Numbered from the stretch's first letter, positions 18,046 through 26,105 are shown. The stretch is DNA of 31,711 nt from Candidatus Pacebacteria bacterium CG10_big_fil_rev_8_21_14_0_10_44_11 (GCA_002772705.1 PFDH01000011.1:2832-34542); one strand, 5' to 3'. The notes: generated by a model from the letters alone, not told the origin. Translations and numbers: made by a program.

Positions 18046-19073
18046 GGTCGGGTAATCTTCTCAGCCGGAGGATGATAGAAAAACGTCACATAGACAGTTC
18101 TAACCACAATATAGAGCGGCACCGCCAACAAGGCACCGATCACACCGCCCAGCTTCAACCCAATCAGAATTGAAACAATTGACACCAGCGGGCTGACGTG
18201 GGCGTTGTCGTTCATCACCTTTGGCACAATAATGTTATTTTCTAGCTGCTGAATGACAATATTCAAAATCAAAACCCCACCAGCAACTAATGGGCCTTGA
18301 GTAATAAAAGCAATCACAATGGCCGGAATTGCGGCAATCGTTGGACCAATGTTGGGTAAGATCTCCAACAAGCCAGCCAAAATTGCTAAAGGCAGAGCGT
18401 AGGGAATACCAAGCGCCGTCAATCCCAAATAGGTCATTGAACCAATTACCAGCATCAAAATTAATTCGCCGCGCACCCAGCCACCCAGTTGAGCTTCTAA
18501 ATCATTGATAAAATCTTTGGCTTTTTCCAGATGTTCCTCTCGGTTGGTAAACCAGCGCACCTTTTTGTAGAGTGTTTCTCTACCTTGAAGCAAGAAAAAG
18601 GACATCACAAACAGAGTAAAGGTAGTGAAAATGCCGCTAAAGGTTGAGCTGATAATTGACAGAAAAGTGCCAACAGATGAGCCAACTTGAGAAGCCAGCG
18701 TGCTGACTCCATCAAGGGTAAACTCAAAGCTCTGGAACTCCTGCTGTAAACCAGGCAAGTTGATGAACTTGATCAAACCAGTTAACTCAGCAATCAATGG
18801 TGGAATCAGCAAACTAAAAAAGGTGACCAAAATACCGATAAAAAGAAAGTACGCCACCACAATGCTGGCCAAACGAGGCAGCTTAAGATACTTTTGGAAT
18901 TTTTTGGCCACTGGACTCAACGCCACCATCAAAATAAAGGCTAAAAAAATCAGGGTCAGAATATCTCTGATCATGAATAAACCATAAATCAGCAACAACA
19001 TACTGATGGTATAGAGAATGGTGGTGGAAGCTACGGCAACAGTGGTGTGTTTGTGGTCAAATAAATTGAGCAT
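18042..19073 (-). CDS. AI-2E (PerM) family transporter
   Basis: LEILPNIGP, QQLENNIIVPKVM, GALLAVP. Start revised to ATG 19073 because the track start 19271 overlaps miaA by 164 nt and TATACT sits 6 nt before 19073. Confidence 0.88.
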   Translation of the reverse strand: MLNLFDHKHTTVAVASTTILYTISMLLLIYGLFMIRDILTLIFLAFILMVALSPVAKKFQKYLKLPRLASIVVAYFLFIGILVTFFSLLIPPLIAELTGLIKFINLPGLQQEFQSFEFTLDGVSTLASQVGSSVGTFLSIISSTFSGIFTTFTLFVMSFFLLQGRETLYKKVRWFTNREEHLEKAKDFINDLEAQLGGWVRGELILMLVIGSMTYLGLTALGIPYALPLAILAGLLEILPNIGPTIAAIPAIVIAFITQGPLVAGGVLILNIVIQQLENNIIVPKVMNDNAHVSPLVSIVSILIGLKLGGVIGALLAVPLYIVVRTVYVTFFYHPPAEKITRP

Positions 19074-19107
19074 AGCTGCAGTATACCCATTTTTTTTGGA
19101 TTCGTCA

Positions 19108-20106
19108 TCAACAAGACGCCAGACTGTCTTGACCGAATTTAAGAGCTTGAGTTTGCCAGTTTGGTGCTGATCTGTCAAACCAGGTGACGTCGGCGTGCTT
19201 TTTCCACCAGGTGAGCTGACGTTTAACGTACTGCTTTTCTGATAAAATCCATTGAGTGAGTGATTCATCAAGTGAAATTTGTTGAGTAAGGTACTGCTGA
19301 AGCGGCTGAAAACCGGTGGCAGTAATCAATTGCTGACTGAGATCGGATTGATGCTGTGCTGTCAAGGTTTTGACTTCCTCAATTGCCCTGGCTTTGATTC
19401 TGGCTGCAACTCGCTGTTCAATTTTTTTGAAGATTGTCTCCAAGTCTGTTGTGATTCCCAAATAGGAATGCTTGATTTTAGATAACGTAAGTAGATCTGC
19501 TGAGAGTGAAAATTTAAGCTTACTTTGGGCAATTTCTAAGGCTCTGATTATTCTTCTTGGATTGTGTTGATCAGAGTGATTCATCTGCTGCCAATGATCA
19601 GGTATTTGCCTCAATGCCATTGCCTGAAGCTCTTCTAACAACAGTGTAGCTGTTTTTTCTCTGAGCACTTTATTTGGTGGCACCATTAGCTGTGGATCAA
19701 CAGAAAAAAGATGATCGTGATACAAACCCGTCCCTCCAACAATAATCACTGCCTCATTCTTTACCTGGGCTGACAAAATTATTTTCCGCGCAAACTCAAC
19801 AAACTGGGAAACCGACCATTCAGCGGTTGGTTCAAGGCAGCCAACACCAAATAATCTAATTTGATTTTTTTGGAAATAGGGCAACCAAGAAAATTTATCA
19901 GCGGGCTTTTTCACAAAATCTGCCGGAATATCGGCGCCGGACAAAACCTCAATTCCTTCAAAAACTTGCCTTGAATCAGCCGAAATCAAGTTAACCACCT
20001 CAAACTGCTGATCTAAAATTATTTTTTGGGCTAACTGCAATGCCAGCTCAGTCTTACCGGTAGCCGTTGTTCCCACAATCGATAGCACAGAAAAATTATT
20101 TTTCAT
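19108..20106 (-). CDS. miaA: tRNA dimethylallyltransferase
   Basis: IVGTTATGKT, ISADSRQV, IIVGGTGLY, NPRRIIRALE, QYVKRQLTWW; start revised to ATG 20106. Confidence 0.9.
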   Translation of the reverse strand: MKNNFSVLSIVGTTATGKTELALQLAQKIILDQQFEVVNLISADSRQVFEGIEVLSGADIPADFVKKPADKFSWLPYFQKNQIRLFGVGCLEPTAEWSVSQFVEFARKIILSAQVKNEAVIIVGGTGLYHDHLFSVDPQLMVPPNKVLREKTATLLLEELQAMALRQIPDHWQQMNHSDQHNPRRIIRALEIAQSKLKFSLSADLLTLSKIKHSYLGITTDLETIFKKIEQRVAARIKARAIEEVKTLTAQHQSDLSQQLITATGFQPLQQYLTQQISLDESLTQWILSEKQYVKRQLTWWKKHADVTWFDRSAPNWQTQALKFGQDSLASC

Positions 20107-20108
20107 TA

Positions 20109-20269
20109 GATTTGTTACGAAATAAGCAAGACTGTCAATTTTGCATATGTTTGAGCATTTTTGAAGGCACAGATTTACGATAGTAGCTAAATCTACTTGA
20201 GTAAAGATGTAACACACAAAAATGCCAAATAGATGTGAAAGTGCGGTGATTCATATTTCGTAACAAATC
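20109..20269 (+). ncRNA. Candidate structured RNA: 161-nt long irregular hairpin (6S-like architecture); alternatively a cis element or MITE-like repeat
   Basis: Perfect 16-bp terminal inverted repeat (20109-20124/20254-20269), inner ~24-bp stem (20139-20163/20217-20240), apical hairpin AGATTTA/TAAATCT; strand inferred from G-U pairs only. Confidence 0.5.
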
Positions 20270-20274
20270 AATTT

Positions 20275-21426
20275 TTAAATCACAATTGGTCGGTTCGATA
20301 GATTATCTTTATTAATAATTTGATCCAGCACTTCCCAACGGCGCTTTTTTTCTTGGTGAGGAATATCATCGGGATAAATCCGCCAACTGGCGGTACCAGG
20401 ACGAGGTGAGTAGATAGCCACAAAACCAACTTTCCAATCCATTTTTTTTGCCAAATCAACCGTTTCTTCAAACTCAGCTTCAGTTTCACCGGCAAACCCA
20501 ACAATAATATCAGTGCCAATCACAATTTCTGGATCTGCTGCCCGCAACTTTTCTACTACTTCGATATAACGTTCTTTGGTGTACCCTCGGTTCATTCGGT
20601 ACAAAACTCCGTTGCTACCAGACTGAACCGGCAAGTGAACATAGCGATCAATTTTTTTGTTAGTGGCCACTTCCGCGATCAGCTCGTCGTGAAAATCCCA
20701 CGGATTGCTGGTCATAAACCTGATTTTTTTGATTTCTGGAAAAGCGGAAATATCGCGCAACAACTGAACGAATGGTGGCGTGTCAGTTGGGGTTAAATAC
20801 TGAGACTGGTTATCTGGCAAATCCTCACGTTTGTAGTTCTTATTTTCCATCATTAACTTTCGAAAGCCAATGCCGACCTTTTCTAACCCCCACGAGTTAA
20901 CGTTCATGCCCAAGAGCGTGACTTCCTCAAAACCTTGATCAACCAAAGACTGCACTTCAGTCAAAATTGATTCTTTGCTGCGAGACTGCTCGCGGCCGCG
21001 GGAGTAGGGGACAATGCAGTAGGTACAAAAAGAATTGCAGCCAGTGGAGATCGGCACCCAGGCGTGTTTTTTATCTTTCCGCACCGCTGCCGAGTTAAAG
21101 CCGACTTCATTAATTGGCAAAATTTCATCTACCACCGGCAACATTTCATACAACTTTTGTTCACCATGATGCGTCATGCAGCCGGTCAAAATTATCTTTG
21201 GCCGCTGTTGACCTAACTCGCTAAAATAAACCACCACGTTATGCAAAAACCCTCTGGCTCTGTCTTCGGCCCGTTGCCTGATCGCACAAGTGTTGACCAC
21301 CAACTCGTCACAGTTGCGCCAATTGTCTGCTTCAGTGTAGCCACGAGCTTGATAATCACCGGCAATTCGCTCACTATCGGATTTATTGGACTGGCAGCCA
21401 AAAGTATGGATGTAATAGCTTGGCAT
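20275..21426 (-). CDS. miaB: tRNA-i6A37 methylthiotransferase MiaB-like (no TRAM domain)
   Basis: N-terminal MTTase (TFGCQSN, NTCAIR, TGCM), radical SAM CNSFCTYC, HLPVQSGS, TDIIVGF.GET, YSPRPGT; adjacent to miaA. Confidence 0.85.
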   Translation of the reverse strand: MPSYYIHTFGCQSNKSDSERIAGDYQARGYTEADNWRNCDELVVNTCAIRQRAEDRARGFLHNVVVYFSELGQQRPKIILTGCMTHHGEQKLYEMLPVVDEILPINEVGFNSAAVRKDKKHAWVPISTGCNSFCTYCIVPYSRGREQSRSKESILTEVQSLVDQGFEEVTLLGMNVNSWGLEKVGIGFRKLMMENKNYKREDLPDNQSQYLTPTDTPPFVQLLRDISAFPEIKKIRFMTSNPWDFHDELIAEVATNKKIDRYVHLPVQSGSNGVLYRMNRGYTKERYIEVVEKLRAADPEIVIGTDIIVGFAGETEAEFEETVDLAKKMDWKVGFVAIYSPRPGTASWRIYPDDIPHQEKKRRWEVLDQIINKDNLSNRPIVI

Positions 21427-21511
21427 AGGGTAGGGGTATTATAGCGGACAATTCTTGTTGAATGATTCGTAAGTCCCAGCAATCCTCTCGTGGAGCTTGC
21501 TATAATCAGGT

Positions 21512-22411
21512 ATGACCCAACAATCTCGAGGCACACTAGCCTTGATACTTCTCACGTTTCTTTACGGCGCCTATGGCGTCTATAACAGATTTATTGGAGA
21601 AGCTTTTCAAACTTTTTCGGCTCAGTGGGTGAGAAGTGCGCTAGTGATTGGTCTTGTTCTAATAATTACTGTTGCATTGAAACTAAAATATGCAAGAGTT
21701 AGAAACGCAGACTTTTGGTGGATTGCCCAGTGGTTATTTTTTGGCTCATGGATCATGATCTTTCTGTTTTTGGCTTTTAACCATCTCCAGCTAGCAACAA
21801 CGTACTTTTTATTTTACGCGACGATGATTTTAAGTGGGGTAGTGTGCGGAAAGTTTTTCTTCCAAGAAAAAATGAATCTCACTAAAAATATTTCTGTCGT
21901 ATTATCTTTAATTGGTGTAGCTAGTATTTATTCTTTTTCAATTTCGAGGGCAGATCTAATGTATGCAGTACTCGCTCTGCTTGCTGGAGTACTGCTTGGT
22001 TTTTGGAACACAATTTCAAAAAAGTTTTCGAGTCATTATCCAGAGCTGCAAATGGTACTCTGGGATGCAATAGCTGGAGCACTAGTGGGAGTTATTGGTT
22101 TTTTGATTGTAAAAGAATCACTGCCAACTCTACAATTATCAACAAGTTGGATTTGGTTAGTGGTCTACTCAGTCTCTCAAGTTGCAACCGTTGGACTAGT
22201 GATTTATGGTTTCAAGCATCTTGAAGCCCAGGTAGCAAGTCTAATCATGCCAATTGAAATTATTTTTGCAAGCCTTTTTGGCTATCTAATCTTTGGCGAA
22301 ACTTTGACCGTCAGTACTATTTTTGGAGGATGTTGCATCGCATTGGCAGCATTTTTGCCGTATATGAGGCCACTGCTTGGAAAAGTTAGATTACAAAGAT
22401 TAAAAGTGTAA
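21512..22411 (+). CDS. EamA/DMT-family transporter
   Basis: About ten TM segments in two repeats, FFFQEK and YLIFGETL signatures; TGcTATAAT 5 nt before ATG. Confidence 0.85.
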   Translation: MTQQSRGTLALILLTFLYGAYGVYNRFIGEAFQTFSAQWVRSALVIGLVLIITVALKLKYARVRNADFWWIAQWLFFGSWIMIFLFLAFNHLQLATTYFLFYATMILSGVVCGKFFFQEKMNLTKNISVVLSLIGVASIYSFSISRADLMYAVLALLAGVLLGFWNTISKKFSSHYPELQMVLWDAIAGALVGVIGFLIVKESLPTLQLSTSWIWLVVYSVSQVATVGLVIYGFKHLEAQVASLIMPIEIIFASLFGYLIFGETLTVSTIFGGCCIALAAFLPYMRPLLGKVRLQRLKV

Positions 22412-22431
22412 CTTTATTGAATGGTTGCTTT

Positions 22432-23097
22432 TTAAATAACTGCTGCTTTTTTTGCCGCTTCCCTTCGCCAATAAACAAACCAGGAAATAGCTTCTAGCAA
22501 AACAAACACGCCAATTACCACTGCCCACTTTGATGTTTGCAGTGCCACGTGACCAAAAATTCCAAACATTGCCAGGTAGGTTAGGCGATGCAACCGTTTC
22601 CACCATTTGCCCAATTTCTTTTGCGAGTAATCATTTGAGGTTAACCACATAGGAAAAAGTAGTGCCATCGTAATCAATGAGGCAACTTGGTGAGTAGCAA
22701 AGGGGGGAAACCCAGGCGGATTAAACTCGAATAGAGCATAGTAGGGTAAGAAAGTTGTAAAAGTCATGTGCACGAATGCCAGCAGAAACATCAAGATGCC
22801 AATATGGCGGCGATAAATCATGATGCTGCTGCCAATTGGTCTGGTCAAACTTGGCAGCCACTGCAAACGGGAAATTATGCCCGGGATTAACGTAAGACAG
22901 TACAGTATCAGTGAAATTTCACCAAGTTTTTTCCCATACTTGAAGATAATTCCCACGACGGAAGGATAGTCAGTCAGGGCTGTGAAGTAAATTAAAAACC
23001 AACCAATAATCACCGCTAACTCAAAAGTAATAAACAAAGTGGTAATCATTTGACGATTTTTTGCCAAAAACTGCTGGGTTTTAAGTAACAATTGCAT
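22432..23097 (-). CDS. Ferric-reductase-like transmembrane protein (MsrQ/YedZ-like)
   Basis: RRHIGI, FVHM, TSNDYSQKKLGKWWKRLHRLTY, FGHV (four candidate heme His). Start revised to ATG 23097, with TATACT 6 nt upstream. Confidence 0.8.
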   Translation of the reverse strand: MQLLLKTQQFLAKNRQMITTLFITFELAVIIGWFLIYFTALTDYPSVVGIIFKYGKKLGEISLILYCLTLIPGIISRLQWLPSLTRPIGSSIMIYRRHIGILMFLLAFVHMTFTTFLPYYALFEFNPPGFPPFATHQVASLITMALLFPMWLTSNDYSQKKLGKWWKRLHRLTYLAMFGIFGHVALQTSKWAVVIGVFVLLEAISWFVYWRREAAKKAAVI

Positions 23098-23146
23098 TGA
23101 GTTAGTATAGGTTAAAACAGAAAAAGTTTCATGAATGAAGATTTTG

Positions 23147-23221
23147 AGGCGCGGGCGGGATTTGAACCCGCGAATCGAAGGTTTTGCAGACCTCGCCATT
23201 AGACCACTCTGGTACCGCGCC
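23147..23221 (-). tRNA. tRNA-Cys (GCA), CCA not encoded
   Basis: GGCGCGG/CCGCGCC acceptor, U73 discriminator, anticodon loop CTGCAAA, T loop TTCAAAT; TATAAT at 23268-23273. Confidence 0.96.
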
Positions 23222-23350
23222 ATTTTTTGGACTATTAGTTCAAAGAATAAAAAATAGACCAGATCTGATTATACCGCACTTTTTCGACAAAAAATTCCAG
23301 TTGAATGGGAATTTTGATGATCCAGTGGTGCCTGTTATAATATCCCGTCT

Positions 23351-24289
23351 ATGCCAACAAAAACTCAAACCCCAACTAAACCAAAGTCATTTATTGGTGC
23401 TAACACGGTGCTAACAATCTCGATTCCTTGGAAGGAAGCGGAAGCCGCCTATGAGCAAGCCAAAAAGAAAATTGCAAAAACGCTGAAAGCTGATGGTTTT
23501 AGAAAAGGTAAAGTCCCGGCTGAGCTTGCAGAGCAATTGGCTGGTCAAGATAAAATTGTCGAAATCGCCCTCCAAGCTTTACTACCCAATAAATATCAGG
23601 AAGCGATCACCAAAGCCAAAAAAAAACCGCTAACCTATCCAGAAATAAAGCCGATCAAAATCGAAATGGGCAAGGATTGGGAACTAGAAGTTCAAATTGC
23701 CGAGAAACCAGAAATTAAATTAGCCAACTATAAAAAAACCGTTCGGGACGCAATCAAAGAGGCCAATAAAAAAATTGCCGAAACTCTCAAAGAAAACGCT
23801 AAAAAAGCGGCAGAAAACAAAGATACAAAAGCAGCTAAGCCAGAGAAGAATCAGGAATTCACTGATGATCAAAAAGATGATTACCGGCTGCAGCACATTT
23901 ATCAGGCGTTAGTGCAGACCACAAAGTCAGTTATTCCCGAGCTGCTTGTCAAAGAAGAGGTGAAAGCCGATCTGAATCAGCTTACGCATCAATTAGAACA
24001 GGTTAAGCTGACATTTGACAATTATTTAAAACGTCGCAGCTTCACTTTTGAGCAACTTTCGCAAGAAATGACTGTCAACGCTTTAGGAAAACTCCAAATT
24101 GCTTTTGTGATGGACGCCGTTGCCACTGAAGCACAGTTATCAATTACTGAAACTGAAATTGAGGCCTATATCAATGAAAAAATTGATACAAAGCTAAAAG
24201 CTCAAATTAGTTTAAATCCAGAATATAAAAGAATGATTGCTCAAACTTTACAACGCCAAAAAATTGTCAAGCACCTACTTGCGCTCTAG
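23351..24289 (+). CDS. tig: Trigger factor lacking the FKBP/PPIase domain
   Basis: Ribosome-binding GFRKGKVP motif, PEIKL, SurA-like C domain (IPELLVKEEV, FDNYLK); only 312 aa; TGtTATAAT 9 nt before ATG. Confidence 0.88.
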   Translation: MPTKTQTPTKPKSFIGANTVLTISIPWKEAEAAYEQAKKKIAKTLKADGFRKGKVPAELAEQLAGQDKIVEIALQALLPNKYQEAITKAKKKPLTYPEIKPIKIEMGKDWELEVQIAEKPEIKLANYKKTVRDAIKEANKKIAETLKENAKKAAENKDTKAAKPEKNQEFTDDQKDDYRLQHIYQALVQTTKSVIPELLVKEEVKADLNQLTHQLEQVKLTFDNYLKRRSFTFEQLSQEMTVNALGKLQIAFVMDAVATEAQLSITETEIEAYINEKIDTKLKAQISLNPEYKRMIAQTLQRQKIVKHLLAL

Positions 24290-24384
24290 ATCATTTCCGA
24301 CTTACAATGCGCCAGTAGCAGTTTGTGCCGGTTGACATGTTCAACACTTTTGCTCAGTTTTTTATCTTACCTCGAGTTTCTGGC

Positions 24385-24412
24385 TTGACTTTTCCATCTA
24401 GAAATCCTATAA
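24385..24412 (+). promoter_or_regulatory. Sigma70 promoter of the DUF5660-like gene
   Basis: TTGACT-16 nt-TATAAT. Confidence 0.65.
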
Positions 24413-24439
24413 TGATTCACCAAAATCCTGAGCAATTAA

Positions 24440-25138
24440 TTGCCAGATCACGTCGCAATGACACAGTTACTACAGCAAAAACCTGCCACTAAACCACAAC
24501 AGACCGGATCCGCCAATCCTTTCGCTCGTGCTTTGTCTGAAATGGAAAAAACTGCTGATGCTAGTGGGAAACCCTCAAGTACCGATGCGTTTCGAGAGGC
24601 TTTGATGAGAGCTCAAGGCGGAGATCGCTCTGCGATGGCTCAAACTGGCTTTGGCGACATGCAATCTGAGGACTACTTTGCCCAACAGCAAGCTGAACTG
24701 CAAAAGCAGCAAGAGCAATTGGCTCTCAGAAAAAAACTTCATGATCGAGTTAACCCTGTGGATAACCAAGCCTTGTTTGACGCCAGAGACAAACAGGTCA
24801 AAGACCAAATTGACAAATTGAGAAATGAATTAAAAATGCTTTCTCGGGATGTAAAATCCCTTAACAAAGAAGTCGAGCTGACGCTGATGACCAAAGTCAC
24901 CGACCCCGGAGAGCATGGGGCATACTTTGTGACTTTCTTCGAGCAACTCCGAACGCTGATCATGTTGCTCAGAAAAAACGTCAAAGAAGCCGGTACTTGG
25001 CTAAAGGCGGCCAGAGGCAAACAACAAAGAGGCAAACAACAAAAAGGCTTGCTGTTTGGCAAAGGCAGCAAGGCTACCAGTACGGTTCAAGATATCACCA
25101 CCAACAGTGAACGTAACATTTCCTATGGTGGTGCATAA
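24440..25138 (+). CDS. Hypothetical coiled-coil protein, DUF5660-like (start may be ATG 24458)
   Basis: C-terminal pattern (coiled coil, DPGEHGAYFVTFFEQLR, AGTWL, SERNISYGGA) resembles from memory a Microgenomates-associated DUF5660 family; not verified by search. Confidence 0.6.
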   Translation: MPDHVAMTQLLQQKPATKPQQTGSANPFARALSEMEKTADASGKPSSTDAFREALMRAQGGDRSAMAQTGFGDMQSEDYFAQQQAELQKQQEQLALRKKLHDRVNPVDNQALFDARDKQVKDQIDKLRNELKMLSRDVKSLNKEVELTLMTKVTDPGEHGAYFVTFFEQLRTLIMLLRKNVKEAGTWLKAARGKQQRGKQQKGLLFGKGSKATSTVQDITTNSERNISYGGA

Positions 25139-25158
25139 AATTCAAGAAAAGAGAAGGG

Positions 25159-25232
25159 TGAACTCGAGAGGACTCGAACCTCTGACCTCTTCGATGTCAA
25201 CGAAGCGCTCTAACCAACTGAGCTACGAGTTC
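25159..25232 (-). tRNA. tRNA-Val (GAC), CCA not encoded
   Basis: GAACTCG/CGAGTTC acceptor, anticodon arm CTTCG-TTGACAT-CGAAG, T loop TTCGAGT; TATAAT at 25245-25250. Confidence 0.96.
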
Positions 25233-25284
25233 AAAACGATCTGAATTATAGCGTATCAAGAAAGAGAAAGCTACCAGATCTCAA

Positions 25285-25313
25285 TTGCATTTTCTAAAGA
25301 CTCGATATACAAT
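25285..25313 (+). promoter_or_regulatory. Promoter of infC-rpmI-rplT
   Basis: TTGCAT-17 nt-TACAAT. Confidence 0.7.
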
Positions 25314-25346
25314 ACATGATCTGAAGCAAAAAGCTGAAAGTGACTA

Positions 25347-25904
25347 GTGATTAGAAAGAGATTCGTAAAAAGATCGCAGCCGAGCCAAATTTGGGTCACG
25401 GCTAATCATCATATCCGAGTACCAGAACTGAGAGTGCTCTCTGAGCAAGGTGAGATGATTGGGGTGATGTCCACCCGCGAAGCGATGGAGAAGTCTCGCG
25501 AGGCTGAAAAGGATCTGATCTTGATTAATGACAAGGCGCAACCGCCAGTCGCCAAGATCATCAGTCTGAGCAAGTACAAGTATCAGGAGCAGCAAAAAGC
25601 GGCTGAGAGTCGAAAAAAAGCTAAAGCTCAGGACACCAAAGAAGTCAGATTCACTCCTTTTATGGGTGAGGGCGACTATCAATCACGACTAAATAAAGTG
25701 GTTGACTTCTTAAAAGGTGGTGATAAAGTCAGACTTTCGCTGCAGTTCAAAGGCAGACTGATCACTAAGAAAGAATTTGGTTACGAAATGTTTAAAAAAG
25801 TAATTGTGGCAACTGAAGAGCTGGCAACAGTTGAAATTCAACCAAAATTACTCGGTAACAAACTGATGGCTCAACTGCAGCCCTCAGCCAAGAAAAAAGT
25901 ATGA
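25347..25904 (+). CDS. infC: Translation initiation factor IF-3 (start GTG 25347 or ATT 25350)
   Basis: NHHIRVPELRV, PPVAKII, KEVRF, GDKVR, QFKGR; first gene of the canonical operon. Confidence 0.95.
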   Translation: MIRKRFVKRSQPSQIWVTANHHIRVPELRVLSEQGEMIGVMSTREAMEKSREAEKDLILINDKAQPPVAKIISLSKYKYQEQQKAAESRKKAKAQDTKEVRFTPFMGEGDYQSRLNKVVDFLKGGDKVRLSLQFKGRLITKKEFGYEMFKKVIVATEELATVEIQPKLLGNKLMAQLQPSAKKKV

Positions 25905-26104
25905 GTAAAATTAAACAACGCACCAGATCAGGCGTCGCCAAGCGATTCAAAATTACCGCTACTGGCAAAGTTTTGCGACGGGCTCAAAATATGCGGCACC
26001 GCCGAAGAATTAAAAGTAAAAAAGCCATTCGTGCCTATCGCAGACCAATTGAGGTCAAAGGCAAATGGGCTAGAAAAATTAAAAGAATGCTAGGAATCGC
26101 CTAA
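25901..26104 (+). CDS. rpmI: 50S ribosomal protein L35
   Basis: KQRTRSGVAKRFKITATGKV, basic, operon position. Confidence 0.93.
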   Translation: MSKIKQRTRSGVAKRFKITATGKVLRRAQNMRHRRRIKSKKAIRAYRRPIEVKGKWARKIKRMLGIA

Positions 26105-26105
26105 T

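Noticed and set aside
19074-19271. N-terminal extension of the AI-2E transporter
   Set aside because: Overlaps miaA by 164 nt, and a -10 box sits 6 nt before ATG 19073
20107-20217. 37-aa N-terminal extension of miaA in the ORF track
   Set aside because: Cys-rich non-homologous text lying over the hairpin element; MiaA homology starts at MKNNFSVLSIVG (20106)
23098-23223. N-terminal extension of the MsrQ-like ORF
   Set aside because: It is a translation of tRNA-Cys on the same strand
24331-24345. GTTGA-CATGT-TCAAC near-palindrome containing TTGACA
   Set aside because: Short, no properly spaced -10, does not match the GAAC-N4-GTTC LexA box, and I saw no second copy
2379-25232. Isolated tRNA genes as possible integration sites
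   Set aside because: No integrase, no duplicated tRNA 3' ends and no island boundaries seen
25056-25244. 62-aa ORF on the + strand
   Set aside because: Spans the end of the DUF5660-like gene in another frame and the antisense of tRNA-Val
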